From Basidiobolus meristosporus CBS 931.73 (taxonomy: Eukaryota; Fungi; Basidiobolomycota), in the NCBI GenBank assembly GCA_002104905.1, contig MCFE01000156.1:1-64000 (forward strand): a DNA stretch of 64,000 bases, given 5' to 3'. Under the pieces are notes generated by a model. The model was not told the origin of the DNA, did not search any database, and worked only from the letters and a program-made list of their open reading frames with translations. Positions 1 to 12,140 of this stretch are shown piece after piece. A program made the position numbers and the translations under genes. Position 1 is the stretch's first letter, and each line of letters opens with the position of its first letter.

Positions 1-435
1 GTGCGACTGTTTCTCTACCTGATCTAAGAAGTGATGCAATTGACTATCACGTAATTTATCAATCTCTGCCTGATTCTTCTTCATATGCTTATAATCCAAA
101 TAAGCCACTTGGAGTACTTTATAGTGAGGCAAAGAAGAACTAAGCTGAAGTTTGTTTTGGAACTTCTCAATTGCATTGGTTTGTTTTCTCCTCAGGACAA
201 CCGAGTCATCTGCCAATTTTTTCCCAGTTTTCTCCAGGTATTTGGGACTTCCAAAGGTACCAATACCAGAACTGGTAATTGTACTGCTCTTCTTGCCGCA
301 ATCTTTGTCTATAATAGACTCTTGGTCTTCCTTTGGAGCGCAAGGACTGCTATGGTAGAGGCAGCTTCCTCTTTTGGTCTTGATCCCCAAGTAGCGGTCC
401 TTAAGCTTTCCCCTCATGACTTGTTTATTGTCCAT
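1..435 (-). CDS. Partial ORF running off the window edge (145 codons, MDNKQVMRGK...), unknown product, possibly TE-derived
   Basis: Stop-free frame from ATG at 435 to position 1; no recognisable motif; CpG-poor TE context. Confidence 0.2.
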   Translation of the reverse strand, partial: MDNKQVMRGKLKDRYLGIKTKRGSCLYHSSPCAPKEDQESIIDKDCGKKSSTITSSGIGTFGSPKYLEKTGKKLADDSVVLRRKQTNAIEKFQNKLQLSSSLPHYKVLQVAYLDYKHMKKNQAEIDKLRDSQLHHFLDQVEKQSH

Positions 436-876
436 GTTGGTGCTCTACTTGGTGGAGTGTCAGTGAGTGCTGTTTAACTACTAGTTGTTCTCTTCTGTCC
501 TGTAGATTTATATTACTTTCATATACACTTACTTCATCACATTTCACTTTTGCCTCTCTTGTGACTGTACTCTGGTTTCATTCCTCAACGGCTAGACAAA
601 ACCAAGGCCACCGCATATTGGGTGCGGTGGTTTAGTGATCAAAGAGCAAGCTATTGATGCTAATATTGATTTTGAGCATATTGTCTAGGAATATCTTGGA
701 ACCAACTAGAGTAAATAGTTACTCAATAATTTGCATAGTACCACTATTTGCACATCAATACTTGCTAACAACAAAGCAATGCTTTTCAATGATGTTCCAT
801 TCCCACGCAGCTGTTTGTTGATAGTCCGTACAATACACAAGTGAGCGTTTAAAATAAGCATCCACACTACTTTCTG

Positions 877-2818
877 GGGGTATGGTTACCGCGCACTATA
901 AAAGTGCGTTAGGGACTCATGTAAAACTATCATGATGAAAAATAAAAGCACTTTATTACCGCACGGCTGATGATTGATAACTCCTGCTAGACACAAGTAA
1001 ATGTAGCAAGTGGGTATCCTTAAAACCTGTTGGGGTATGGTTACCGCGCACTATGAAAGTGCGTTAGGGACTCATGTAAAACTATCATGATGAAAAATAA
1101 AAGCACTTTATTACCACACGGCTGATGATTGATAACTCCCGCTAGACACAAGTAAACGTAGCAAGTGGGTATCCTTAAAACCTGTTGGGGTATGGTTACT
1201 GCGCACTATGAAAGTGCGTTAAGGACTCATGTAAAACTATAATGATGAAAAATAAAAGCACTTTATTACCGTGTGGCTGATGATTGATAACTCCCACTAG
1301 ACACAAGTAAACGTAGCAAGTGGGTATCCTTTAAACCTGTTGGGGTATGGTTACCGCGCACTATAAAAGTGTGTTAGGGACTCATGTAAAACTATCATGA
1401 TGAAAAATAAAAGCACTTTATTACCACGTGGCTGATGATTGATGACTCCCGCTAGACACAAGTAAACATAGCAAGTGGGTATCCTTAAAACCTGTTGGGG
1501 TATGGTTACCGCTGTGGTGGTGTATAGGTCCAAGGGAGAGATACGTCCAACACTTCTCAAGTGTTTTGTGTGTGGGGTGCTCACTGGGTGCAATAACCTC
1601 TGGCAAAAGCTTGCTAGGAATACTTGGGTTCTGTCTCTAATCTAATGTGAAGGGGAATAAAGCCACAAGCTTGTCAAGGGAAAACTATTGAGCTACAATC
1701 CCCAACTTAGTTGGCGTCTTAACAAAAGTATGTGCTGGGTTCAGCGTCCTTTGAGATGACAATGTACTAAAGCTTCCAAAGTCAAAACAACTGTAAACTC
1801 CACCAGCAGGGACTTGATAAGAATGCAGCTGTAGTCAATAGTTACAAAGACAGAAAAGTATCTTTGCCTGTACAAGAACAAACTTGGGAAAGAATCAAAT
1901 ATAATAAAAGATACCTACTCTGAGTATTCCTCACAAGTAGTGCCTCCAAGGTCAGTTGGCTGTCAGCACGGTTTCCTGGGAGTTTCCTGTGGTCTGTGGT
2001 TGGAAGTTCAGGTAGCAGCAGGTAGCAGTGATCAAACTAATCAACAAGTCGGTATATTGATAAAAGGGATGATGATTTATTGTTGAGGGATAGCCTACCT
2101 TATATACTTTTCTTACTGGCTAAGTGATTACTAATCATGGTGTTCCAGAAGCTTCCGGATATCAATAGAAATCTGAATGACATCAGAATGACCTAAGAAT
2201 GTTCTAAGTAGGTGCTGGAAGTTTCTAAGAGGCACAGCACATCCAACCAATCAGGAATCAGAATTCTGAAACCTGTGTAACATGGGGATACCATATATGG
2301 TATGGAAATGGTAGGGATGGTGACACGGGCTGATCATGTGTCACGGGTACTGGCGCAGGTACTTGCCTAATATAGAAGTAGTTATAGCTAGTAATCTTAC
2401 ATAAGGTGAGGGGTAACTTATGCAATAAGGTAAGCAGGTGTGATAGTCAACCGGCATATGGAATAGTACTGATTGGGTAAGGCAAATGGGATAAAACTAA
2501 AATAAGTGTAGTAGAGATATAGGGAAGTAGAAAATAAGGGAATGAGCACATCTGTCAGTGGGTGTCACTGTCACCCCACTACACCACGCGCTATGAAAGT
2601 GCGTTAGGGATTCATACAAAACTAGCATGATGAAAAATAAAAGCATTTCAGTATTGCACGGCTGATGATTGATGGCTCCCACTAGACACAAGTAGATGTA
2701 GCTAGTGGACATCCTTAACACCTGTTGGGGTATGGCTACTGTGTACTTTCAAAGTGCGTTAGGAACTCATGTAAAACTATCATGATGAAAAATAAAAGCA
2801 CTTTTGTACCACGTGGCT
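877..2818. repeat. 155-bp tandem repeat (satellite): 4 full units, then a solo LTR insertion, then about 1.6 diverged units
   Basis: Unit start GGGGTATGG at 877, 1032, 1187, 1342, 1497 (period 155); the array resumes at 2584, with a further unit start at 2727. Confidence 0.95.
1513..2583. mobile_element. Solo LTR, family B (about 1.07 kb)
   Basis: Ends TGTGGTGG...CCACTACA; 4-bp TSD CCGC (1509-1512) / CCAC (2584-2587); satellite unit continues across it; homologous copy at 62642-63702. Confidence 0.9.
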
Positions 2819-3333
2819 AAGTTTTACAATTCCCGCAGGATACATGTGCACATAGAACATAAGTAGTAGTTGCAATGGTATCAAATAAAGTTTCTATTAT
2901 AGCCATAATATATATTGAACTTTGGGATACACTTTATATTTGGTAAAAGCAATTGGGTTACATAAAATTTGTATTGGCCATGAATTTTTTATCATATTAG
3001 GGCCGCGCAATTTATGGTGCCCAAAGCTTATCAAAATATGGAATTGTGGCCAGATTGGGATGAATCCCATTAATTATTAGATATACATTAAAAGTAACAA
3101 TTTATTAATTAAATAGTCATCAAGACTTATACAGAGCACATGGACATTATAGGGAGACAAATATTGGCTCAGACATGCCCACTATATGAGCAGACAATGT
3201 GCCAATTGTAGGGTAAAAATATTTATGGTTAGGGTGATAAGGGTTAGGAGGAGGAATTCTAACCCTAAGGGACCAGAACCAAGAATGAGAGAAAAGTAAT
3301 CCAACGGGAATTTAAAGAGTATGGGAGCAGTAT

Positions 3334-3403
3334 GGGGGATTGCATCCCCCAAACCCCCTGCTTTTTTATTCTCTAGGGGACTGCATCCCCCAGACCCCCT
3401 GCT
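3334..3403. other. Tandem pair of GC-rich hairpin motifs
   Basis: GGGGGATTGCATCCCCCAAACCCCCTGCT (3334-3362) and GGGGACTGCATCCCCCAGACCCCCTGCT (3376-3403). Confidence 0.8.
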
Positions 3404-3436
3404 CTTCTAACCTCTTCCTAGCCCTTACTATAACAC

Positions 3437-4426
3437 CTACACCCTAGAATGATAGCATTCTCCATGAAGCTCACAGTGCTTGGTAGCGGTTGACTGCTTC
3501 TTGGTCACATGACTGGTCTCTTTTCCAGCTGTTGTGGGATCTTGGGTTGAGTTGCCTGAAGTCTGGCTAACAGCTGCAGTCAAGGTGATTGCCAGTGTAC
3601 ATATCTCTGAGATCTGGACATAGGTACGTGCAGGTTTGCATGCTTTGACAATAGCAATATTGCTCTGTAGCTGGTGTGAAAAGTTTGAAAGAAAATGAGC
3701 AGTAAGCAATGGATTATCATCACTAACTCCAGCTAATCTCATTTGTCTTTGGAATCTATCACAGAAGTGTTGCACAGATTCACCTTTTTGCATTTTAGTT
3801 TTCCATAAGTCGCAGTTCAGATGTGCTTTCTTGAGAGGATCTTCAAAATGGCTGCAAAAGAGGTTTTGGGCAATTTTCCACATACTACTGGAAGGAATGT
3901 TCACTTCAACCCAGTCAGCATCTTGCATTGTGAGACAGAGAGGCAGAAGTCTAGCCCAGTTGGTGTCAGGGTCTAGCTGGTGTGCAGCTAAGACATGACT
4001 AAACTTGTAAAGAAACTCAGTTGGATTCTTAATGGCATTGGTGCCTTCAGCATAAACAGGCAAGGATCTTGGGACAACCACCGGGGCAGGTCTAGAAGGA
4101 GATGCAGATCTAGAGGATTCAAAGGCATGACTTCTTGGTGGCTGATGCAGAGCAAGGCTTGGCGGATTTTCAATGCTGTCAATTACAATGGCAATATTCT
4201 CCAGTGCTTCCTTAATTATTCCAATTTCATCTTGGTAACCGGATATAACTTCAAGGAGTTCATCTCTACGGTGATTATCAGATCTTGTTTTGGCAAGCTT
4301 TGAGTGCTCAAGCATCATGGTATTTCTTTCAAGCATGATGTTTTCAAGCTGTTCAGTAAGTTCTTCCTGATTTCTTCTGGCTTCTTCCAACATGGAAAGG
4401 TTTGGATTGCTTGCTGCTGAGGACAT
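3437..4426 (-). CDS. Ty3/Gypsy-type Gag (coiled coil, retrotransposon gag domain, truncated C-x2-H-x4-H knuckle); no pol follows
   Basis: 329-aa ORF with EFLYKF..W...LPLCL, W......F..HF, MQKGESVQHFCDRF and terminal HCELHGECYH. Confidence 0.7.
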   Translation of the reverse strand: MSSAASNPNLSMLEEARRNQEELTEQLENIMLERNTMMLEHSKLAKTRSDNHRRDELLEVISGYQDEIGIIKEALENIAIVIDSIENPPSLALHQPPRSHAFESSRSASPSRPAPVVVPRSLPVYAEGTNAIKNPTEFLYKFSHVLAAHQLDPDTNWARLLPLCLTMQDADWVEVNIPSSSMWKIAQNLFCSHFEDPLKKAHLNCDLWKTKMQKGESVQHFCDRFQRQMRLAGVSDDNPLLTAHFLSNFSHQLQSNIAIVKACKPARTYVQISEICTLAITLTAAVSQTSGNSTQDPTTAGKETSHVTKKQSTATKHCELHGECYHSRV

Positions 4427-5096
4427 CTTCTAATTGGCTGAATGTAATGGAATTCAATGAAAAAAATGTTGTATCCAAGAGAAAGTGTAATAGAACTCTT
4501 GAATAATTTAACTGAACCAAAGGGACAATTAAGTGCAGAATCTTAGAATTGTCAGAGAGTGGCGGAAATATTAGCAGAAAGATTCTGATCTAATATTGGT
4601 CTTGGATATAGCTGGGTTGGCTATAAAGACAATGATATTTGTTTGCTAGGCAGGCTAGGCTTGGTGTTCTTTGGAGTGCTAGATGTACTAGGCTTGGATA
4701 GAAACTAGAACGGAATTGTTGGATTCTTATTTTTGCTGAGACAGAATCTTAATTTTGTTGAGACACACACTAAACCAAAAGGTTCAGTAAACTTTATTTA
4801 TACTTTTCTGATCAAGTTGAATTAGTAAGCACCAAGGGAATCATCAATCACCTGATGTCTTGGCAACTGCACAGTGGTTGGATAGATCTCAGATGACTAA
4901 TCACCTGGGAAGGCTTGGCAGATAGGTTGATAACGTGATGACCATTTGAAAATAGATCAGGTTTGATAGCTAAAAATAGATTCTGAGGTGGGATAAAATA
5001 AACTGTAACTGGGATTTGTTATGTTTGGGTTAGGGAAAATCAGTTAGGGTACTAGATTTTCAAGTGGAGTAAAATTGGCTAAGTTTTAAATGTTGA

Positions 5097-5299
5097 TGCA
5101 CAACATTGATCCAAAAAAAAGGTCAAAAAATGGATTTTCTCCAACACAATGGGTGAAACACAGGGGCTGCTTTGCATGAAGATGAAGAGCTATGTTTCAC
5201 ACTCTGTGGCCAAGTTTAGGCTCACATGGCCTCCCTGGCACACTATGGCATCATTTGGCACTCATGGCTCAATGTGGCACTATCCAACGGAACAAGTCT
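5097..5299 (+). mobile_element. Terminal fragment of the AGACTT foldback DNA element
   Basis: Near-identical to the outer arm at about 48180-48385; ends CAAGTCT followed by ATT of Copia RNase H sequence. Confidence 0.85.
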
Positions 5300-5821
5300 A
5301 TTAGACATCATTTCATAGGTGAAGCTATAGAGAATGACTTAGATAGCTTAGTTTACTGTCCTTCAGATGAAATGATTGCAGACATATTAACCAAACCATT
5401 AGCTAGAGACAAGTGTGAATATCTTAGGTCAAAATTAGGACTAGTCAGTATAAACATTTAGCTGAGTGGGAGTGTTTTAAAGATTTGTAATTCCACCTAA
5501 ATATTCACCTAACTTAGTCACTTAAATCATCACGTTCAAATTCTCGAGAATACTGACCAAATTTCTTGTTGGGGTTTACTTAAAATATTTTCACCAGAAT
5601 ACCAGGCACTTAGAACATGAAAATTCTCAAAGTTGTCCAAACAGCCCCAAACTTCGCACACATGTTCTTGGAATCTTTCTTAACCTATTGTTAGTGCCTG
5701 TTGTGCTAAGACCATGTAAAAGTATAGATACTACTTTTACATTCAATAAATCATCAAGTGAAAGCCACATAATCTATTTGTTCTCCCAATCACTTCCAAT
5801 ATCTCCAAGACTCTTGCAACA
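5300..5821 (+). mobile_element. Ty1/Copia 3' fragment: end of RNase H, PPT and 3' LTR (5473-5821)
   Basis: IRHHFI.EAIEN...ADILTKPLARDK; PPT TGAGTGGGAG; LTR TGTTTT...GCAACA. Confidence 0.9.
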
Positions 5822-5954
5822 TCCCTCCCCCCTAACATTGGATTAACTTGCCTTCTTCAGATACTTGTCATAAGTAAATAGAGATTTTACTGCTTGGTGA
5901 CTTTTCTCCCCCCCAAACCCTAACTTAATGTTATATTGAATCTGAAAGTATGCT

Positions 5955-6555
5955 TATACTTCTACTTGGTTTTGGCATTATGAGCATGTAGAAAATGCTA
6001 AGAAAGATCACAAAAGCATGTGTGCAAGGTTTGGGACTGTTTGGACAACTTTGAGAGTTTTTGTGTTCTGGTCACTAATGTTTTGGTGAGAATATTCCAA
6101 GTAAATCCCAACAAGGATATTTGTTAGGATTCTCTAAGATTTGTAAGTAATAATCTAAGTGACCAAGTTAGGTGAATATTTAGATGAAATTACAAGGCTT
6201 TACAACACATAGTACATCACTTTAGAGTTTTCTAGCCATATTCCTTTTTGGGATTTGCTTGGAATGTTTCACCAAATTTTATGCACCCAGGACATTGCTG
6301 TAAAAATTTGTATTTCCACCTATATATTCACCTAACTTAGTCACTTAGATCATCACCTTCAAATCCTAGAGAATACTGACCAAATTCCTTGTCGGGATTT
6401 ACTTAGAATATTTACCCAGAACATGAAAATTTGATAAGTTGTCCAAACAGCCCCAAACTTTGCACACATGTTCTTGGGACCTTCCATAGCCTATTCTACG
6501 TGTTTGTAATGCCAAGATCAGGTAAAAGTATAAATACTACTTTTACATTCAGTAA
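5955..6555. repeat. Truncated Copia LTR fragments (reverse about 5955-6207; forward about 6296-6555)
   Basis: Direct similarity to LTRs 6556-6904 and 10892-11223. Confidence 0.85.
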
Positions 6556-6904
6556 TGTTGTAAAATTCGTAATTTCCACCTAAATATTAACCTAACTTAG
6601 TTACTTAGATCATTACCCTCAAATCCTAGAGAATACTGACCAAATTCCTTGTCGGGATTTACTTAGAATATTTTCACCAAAATGCCAGTTACCCAGAACA
6701 TGAAAATTCTCAAAGTTGTCCAAACAGCCCCAAACTTTGCACACATGTTCTTGGGACCTTCCTTAACCTATTCTACGTGTTTGTAATGCCAAGACCAGGT
6801 AAAAGTATAAATACCACTTTTACATTCAATAAATCATTAAGTGAAAACCAAATAATCTACTTGTTCTCCCAATCACTTCCAATATCTCCAAGACTCTTAC
6901 AACA

Positions 6905-6916
6905 GGTTATGAGCCC
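6905..6916 (+). promoter_or_regulatory. Primer-binding site GGTTATGAGCCC (copia/Ty5 type, half-tRNA iMet priming)
   Basis: Immediately after the 5' LTR; also at 39364-39375 and, reversed, next to 48736; resembles the Drosophila copia / yeast Ty5 PBS. Confidence 0.8.
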
Positions 6917-9900
6917 CAAGCTGTCACTCTCTGCAATGTCTACTACTGCTATTACTGGAATTTTTCCCTCTGCTGAAAAGTTGGATGGATCTAACTACCA
7001 AGTGTGGAAGGTGAAGATGAAGATGCTGCTGCAAGAAAGAGGCCTTTGGGATATTGTCATGGGAGAAGAATGCCCTCCTAAAAACGTGGGAGAGGAAGCC
7101 TTAAAGTACCAGAAGAAAGAACAAAGTGCCTTTAACTGCATTTGCCTTAATGTCAAGGACAAATTGCTAATTCAATGCTCAAGAGCAAAAACGGCAAAGA
7201 ATGCCTGGAAGGCATTAGAAGACACCTACCAGTCATGTTCAGCTGCCAAGAAAATGTATCTGAGAAGAAAATTCTTTACTACAAAGATGCTGCCAGGAGA
7301 AGAAATGAAAAATCTAATTAACAGAATTACCCTGCTGGTAGATGAGATGGAATCTGTGGGTGTACCAACTACTGATGAGGATGTGATAGTTACCATCCTG
7401 AATAGCCTGACAGACAAGTTTCAGGGCCTTGTATCAGCCCTAGAGTCCAGAACTGAAGATTTGACCTTAAATTACGTATATGGAAGGCTCCTGGATGAAG
7501 AATTAAGAGAATCAAGCGCCAATAAGAAGGAAGAAGAAAATGCTTTAATAAGCAATGATAACCAACAAAGGAGGTACCCAAGACCCTACAAAGGCAACAG
7601 CAACCTATTTTGCAACTACTGCAAAAGGAAAGGACACACATCAGACCGGTGTTTCAAAAAGAGAGATTATCAGCAAAAGAAGCCTGAATATGGAAATGCT
7701 GCAACAACTGAAGATAGACTATTCATATCTGCAATAAATATGACCACAAACAAGGATTCTCAGACATGGTATATTGACTCTGGAGCTTCTCAACACTTTA
7801 CACACCAAAAAGAACTTTTTACCTAATATCAAGAAATTCCAATTAAGAAGGTTTTCATGGGTGACGATAGAACACTTGATGCAGTGGGAGAAGGAACTAT
7901 CCAAGTAAACCTTAGAAGCAGTGAAGGAAGCCATACACTGACCTTTAAAGAAGTACTCTATGTACCAGAAATAGCCAAGAACCTACTCTCTGTAAGCAAG
8001 GCCACAGCAGAAGGACTCAGTTTCAGTTTTGACAATTCTGGATGCAGGATCACTGATCAAAATGGTGCTCATATTGCTTTGGGCATCAGAGATCAGAATC
8101 TATACAAGCTGACTTATATTCCATCATATTTGGAAGCCAATATAAGTAACTTAAATGAAGAAACACCAATGCTTTGGCACAGGAGATTTGGACACATCAA
8201 TTTTGATTATTTGAGCAAAATGATCAAAGATCAGCTAATTTCTGGAGTGAAAATTGATCCCCCAACTAATTTGGAGCACTGTGAAGCCTGCATATATGGG
8301 AAACAAGCCAGACAACTGTTCAAGAGCTCTGGGTTAATCAAAACTAAGAAAAAATTAGATCTAATTCACTCAGATCTGTGTGGACCTATGCAAAATTTAT
8401 CCTTAGGCGGGATGAAGTATTTAATCACTTTTATTGATGATTATACAAGATACACATGGGTCTACTTCATGGAGAGAAAGGAAGAAGCTCTGTCTAAGTT
8501 CAGGGAGTTTAAAGCCATGGTGGAGAGAGAAACTGGTGAAAAAATCAAGAAAATACGCTCTGACAATGGTGGAGAATATACCTCAAAACTCTTCATCCAC
8601 TTCTGCAAAATTCATGGGATAAAGCAAGAGACTACTGTACCATACTCCCCACAGCAAAATGGAGTAGCAGAACAAGCTAACAGATCAATAATTGATATGG
8701 CAAGATCTATGATCCATGATCAAAAATTATCCTATGATTTTTGGGCGAAATCAGTTGCCACTGCTGTATACCTTAAAAATAGGAGTTATAACAGAATACT
8801 TCGTGATTCTACTCCATTTGAAGCATGGTATGGATACAGACCAAGTGCAGAACATCTAAGAATATTTGGGTGCACAGCATATGCCAAAAAACTGGCCGGA
8901 AATTAGTCAAAATTTGAGCCAAAAAGTGTAAAATGCATATTTTTGGGCTACTGCAATGAGAGTAAGGCATACAGACTCTACAATACCAAAGCAAAGAAGC
9001 TGATCAAGTCCAGGGATGTGTTGTTTGATGAAAATTCAAAATTTTCACAAAAAATGACATCAGATGATGACAAAAATTTGATCTCAAGTCCACCAATTGT
9101 CAGGATTGAATCAGAGCAAAACAATGAAAATTTTTTCACTCCAGAGGACTCTACAACCGTGGTTCAGCCAGAATCAGTGCCCAGGAATATCCCAGAAGGG
9201 ATCATTCCAGTATTAAATGCCCAGAGATCCAATCGGACAAGAAATAGCCCAAATTACTATATCAATGAGGGTACAAACTTAGCCTATGCCTATTCAGTCC
9301 ATATTGATGAACCCCAGACTGTAAAAGAGGCCCTAAATAGCCCTCAGACAAAGTTTTGGAGATCTGCAATGACTAAGGAGTATCAGGCCCTGATGGAAAA
9401 TCAAACTTGGGACTTAGTCAAATTACCAATCAACCAAAAATCAATTGGATGCAGAAGGGTCTTTAAGACAAAATACAAGGCTGATGGTACAATTGAAAGA
9501 TACAAAGCAAGACTTGTAGCCAAAGGATACTCTCAAACAAAAGGACTTGACTATACTGAGACCTTTGCACTGGTAGCCAAGTTTAATTCCATCAGATTAA
9601 TATTGGCTATTGCAGCCAAATATAAGTTTTTTATTCATCAAATGGATGTAAAAACTGCATTTTTGAATGGAGAACTTGATGAGGACGTGTATATGGACCA
9701 GCCTGATGGGTTTGTTGACCAAAATAACCCCCATTTGGTCTGCAAGCTTAAAAAGTCACTATATGGTCTCAAACAATCACCAAGAGCCTGGAATTGCAAG
9801 ATAGATTCTTATTTGGAATCTTTGAGTTTCAAAAGGAGTAATGCTGACTATAGTATATACTATAAGCCAGATAGAGCAAATCCAGTTCTATTAGCTCTAT

Positions 9901-10880
9901 ATGTGGATGATCTTATTATAGCCGCCAATAACCTAGAAACATTGGAAGAGACTAAATCCAGCCTATCTAAGGAGTTCAAGATGTCCGATCTAGGAGAACT
10001 TAGTTACAACTTAGGGATTAAGTTCTCCATAGACAGAAGTACCCAGACTATTACCCTAAGCCAATCCAAGTATATTCAAGATATACTAAAGAAGTACAAA
10101 ATGGAAGACTGTAAACCGGCAGCTACCCCAATGGAGACAAACCTTAACTTGGTCAAAACTCAACCAAATCAAGAGAGCTTGGTGCCATCTGAAAGCCCTG
10201 ACTTTCCTTATCAATCTATGGTCGGCAGTCTGATGTATATCATGCTTGGAACACGTCCAGATATCTCATATTCAGTGGGAGTTGTCAGCCAACATAATCA
10301 GAGCTATGGATCTGATCATATTGCAGCAGTTAAGCGGATTTTTAGATACCTAAAAGGAACTGCTGATATCTGCTTAAGATACACTTATAAGGACTCAGAA
10401 CAAGATCTTGTGGGATACTCTGATGCAGATTGGGGACGAAATTTAGAAAACAGAAGATCCACCACAGGATACACCTTTCTTTACTGTCAAGGAGCAATTT
10501 CATGGAATTCAAGAAAGCAACCAACCGTAGCACTTTCTACCACAGAGGCAGAGTATATGGCAGCCTGTGAAGCTACAAAAGAAGCAATGTGGTTAAGAAA
10601 GCTCTTTACAGATTTAGGCCTATGTCAAAAAACGCCTATTACTTTATTTCAAGATAATCAAGGATGTATACAATTAGGTAGAAATCCAACTTTTCATGCT
10701 AGAACCAAGCACATAGATATTAGACATCATTTCATACGTGAAGCTATAGAGAATAACTTAGTTAGCTTAGTTTACTGTCCTACAGATGAAATGATTGCAG
10801 ACATATTTACCAAACCATTAGCTAGAGACAAGTTTGAATATCTTAGGTCAAAATTAGGACTAGTCAGTATGAACATTTAG
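6909..10880 (+). pseudogene. Copia gag-pol polyprotein in one frame, broken by two in-frame stops (TAA 7824-7826, TAG 8904-8906)
   Basis: CNYCKRKGHTSDRC knuckle; WYIDSGAS protease; HRRFGH/CEAC and IHSDLCGP..SDNGGEY..QQNGVAE integrase; QMDVKTAFLNG and LYVDDL RT; YSDADWG and TKHIDIRHHF RNase H; ORFs 6777, 7857 and 8943 share a frame. Confidence 0.95.
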
Positions 10881-11223
10881 CTGAGTGGGAGTGTTGTAAA
10901 ATTTGTAATTTCCACCTAAATATTCACCTAACTTAGTCACTTAGATCATTACCCTCAAATCCTAGAGAATACTGACCAAATTCCTTGTTGGGATTTACTT
11001 AGAATATTTACCCAGAACATGAAAATTAGATAAGTTGTCCAAACAGCCCCAAACTTTGCACACATGTTCTTGGGACCTTCCTTAACCTATTCCATGTGTT
11101 TGTAATGCCAAGACCAGATAAAAGTATAAATACCACTTTTACATTCAATAAATCATTAAGTGAAAACCACATAATCTACTTGTTGTCCAAATCACTTCCA
11201 ATATCTCCAAGACTCTTACAACA

Positions 11224-12140
11224 GACATAAAAGTCAATAAGTTGTCCAAAGATAGCCCAATTAGGCACACATGTTCTTGGACCTTCTTGATCATATTCTG
11301 TTGTAGAAATTTGTAATTCCATCCAAATATTCACCTAACTTAGTCACTTAAATTATTACCTTCAAATCCTAGAGTACACTGACCAAATACCTTGTTAGGA
11401 TTTACTTAGAGTATTTTCACCACAATATTGTTGTAAGAATCTTGCAGATATTAGAAGTTATTGGGAGAACAAGTAGATTATGTGGTTTTCACTTAATGAT
11501 TTATTGAATGTAAAGGTAGTATTTATACTTTTAAATGGTCTTGGCATAAAAAAACACGTAGAATAGGCTTAGGAAGGTTCCAAGAACATGTGTGCAAAGT
11601 TTGGGGCTGCTTGAACAACTTGTCTAATTTTCATGCCCTGGGTACCTGATATTTGTTGTAAAGATTTGGATTTCCACGTAAATATTCACCTAACTTAGTC
11701 ACTTAGATTATTACCTTCAAATCCTAGAGAATACTGACCAAAATCCATGTCGGGATTTACTTGAAATATTTACCTCAACATGAAAATTCTCAAAGTTGTC
11801 CAAACAGCCCCAAACTTTGAACACATGTTCTTGGGACCTTCCTAAGCCTATTCTACGTGTTTGTTATGCCAAGACCAGGTAAAAGTATAAATACTACTTT
11901 TACATTCAATAAATCATTAAGTGAAAACCACATAATCTACTTGTTCTCCCAATCACTTCCAATATCTCCAAGACTCTTACAACATATTGTACATGATTTT
12001 TTACTAAGACCAGGTAAAAGTATAAAAATCATTTTTACATTCAATAAATTGTCAGGTGGGAACTACATAATGTACTTGTTCGCGAAATCACTTACTTGCT
12101 CTCCAAAACTCTTAAAACACCAAGCACTTTCAATATCTCT
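11224..12140. repeat. Cluster of nested Copia LTR pieces (forward 11299-11428, reverse 11429-11653, complete forward 11654-11984, degraded remnants)
   Basis: Repeated TGTTGTA starts and LTR-internal sequence in both orientations. Confidence 0.85.

Larger units (their letters stand above)
6556..11223 (+). mobile_element. Ty1/Copia LTR retrotransposon, copy 1 (5' LTR 6556-6904, 3' LTR 10892-11223)
   Basis: TG...CA LTRs, PBS, gag-PR-IN-RT-RH order, PPT 10882-10891; no matching TSD (AGTAA vs GACAT). Confidence 0.97.

Noticed and set aside
877-1512. Tandem array considered as CRISPR
   Set aside because: No unique spacers; whole 155-bp units repeat; eukaryotic context
3227-3272. TTAGGG / CCCTAA hexamers as telomere
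   Set aside because: Only isolated copies, not an array
3000-3424. Possible Tourist/Harbinger MITE (TTA-GGGC...GCCC-TTA)
   Set aside because: Inverted match is only 4 bp and no second copy is present in the window
6777-6908. N-terminal extension MFVMPRPGKSINTT... of gag, recurring at 11857, 39236 and 44183
   Set aside because: Lies inside the LTR and starts upstream of the probable LTR TATA box (GTATAAATA); recurs only because the LTR is repeated
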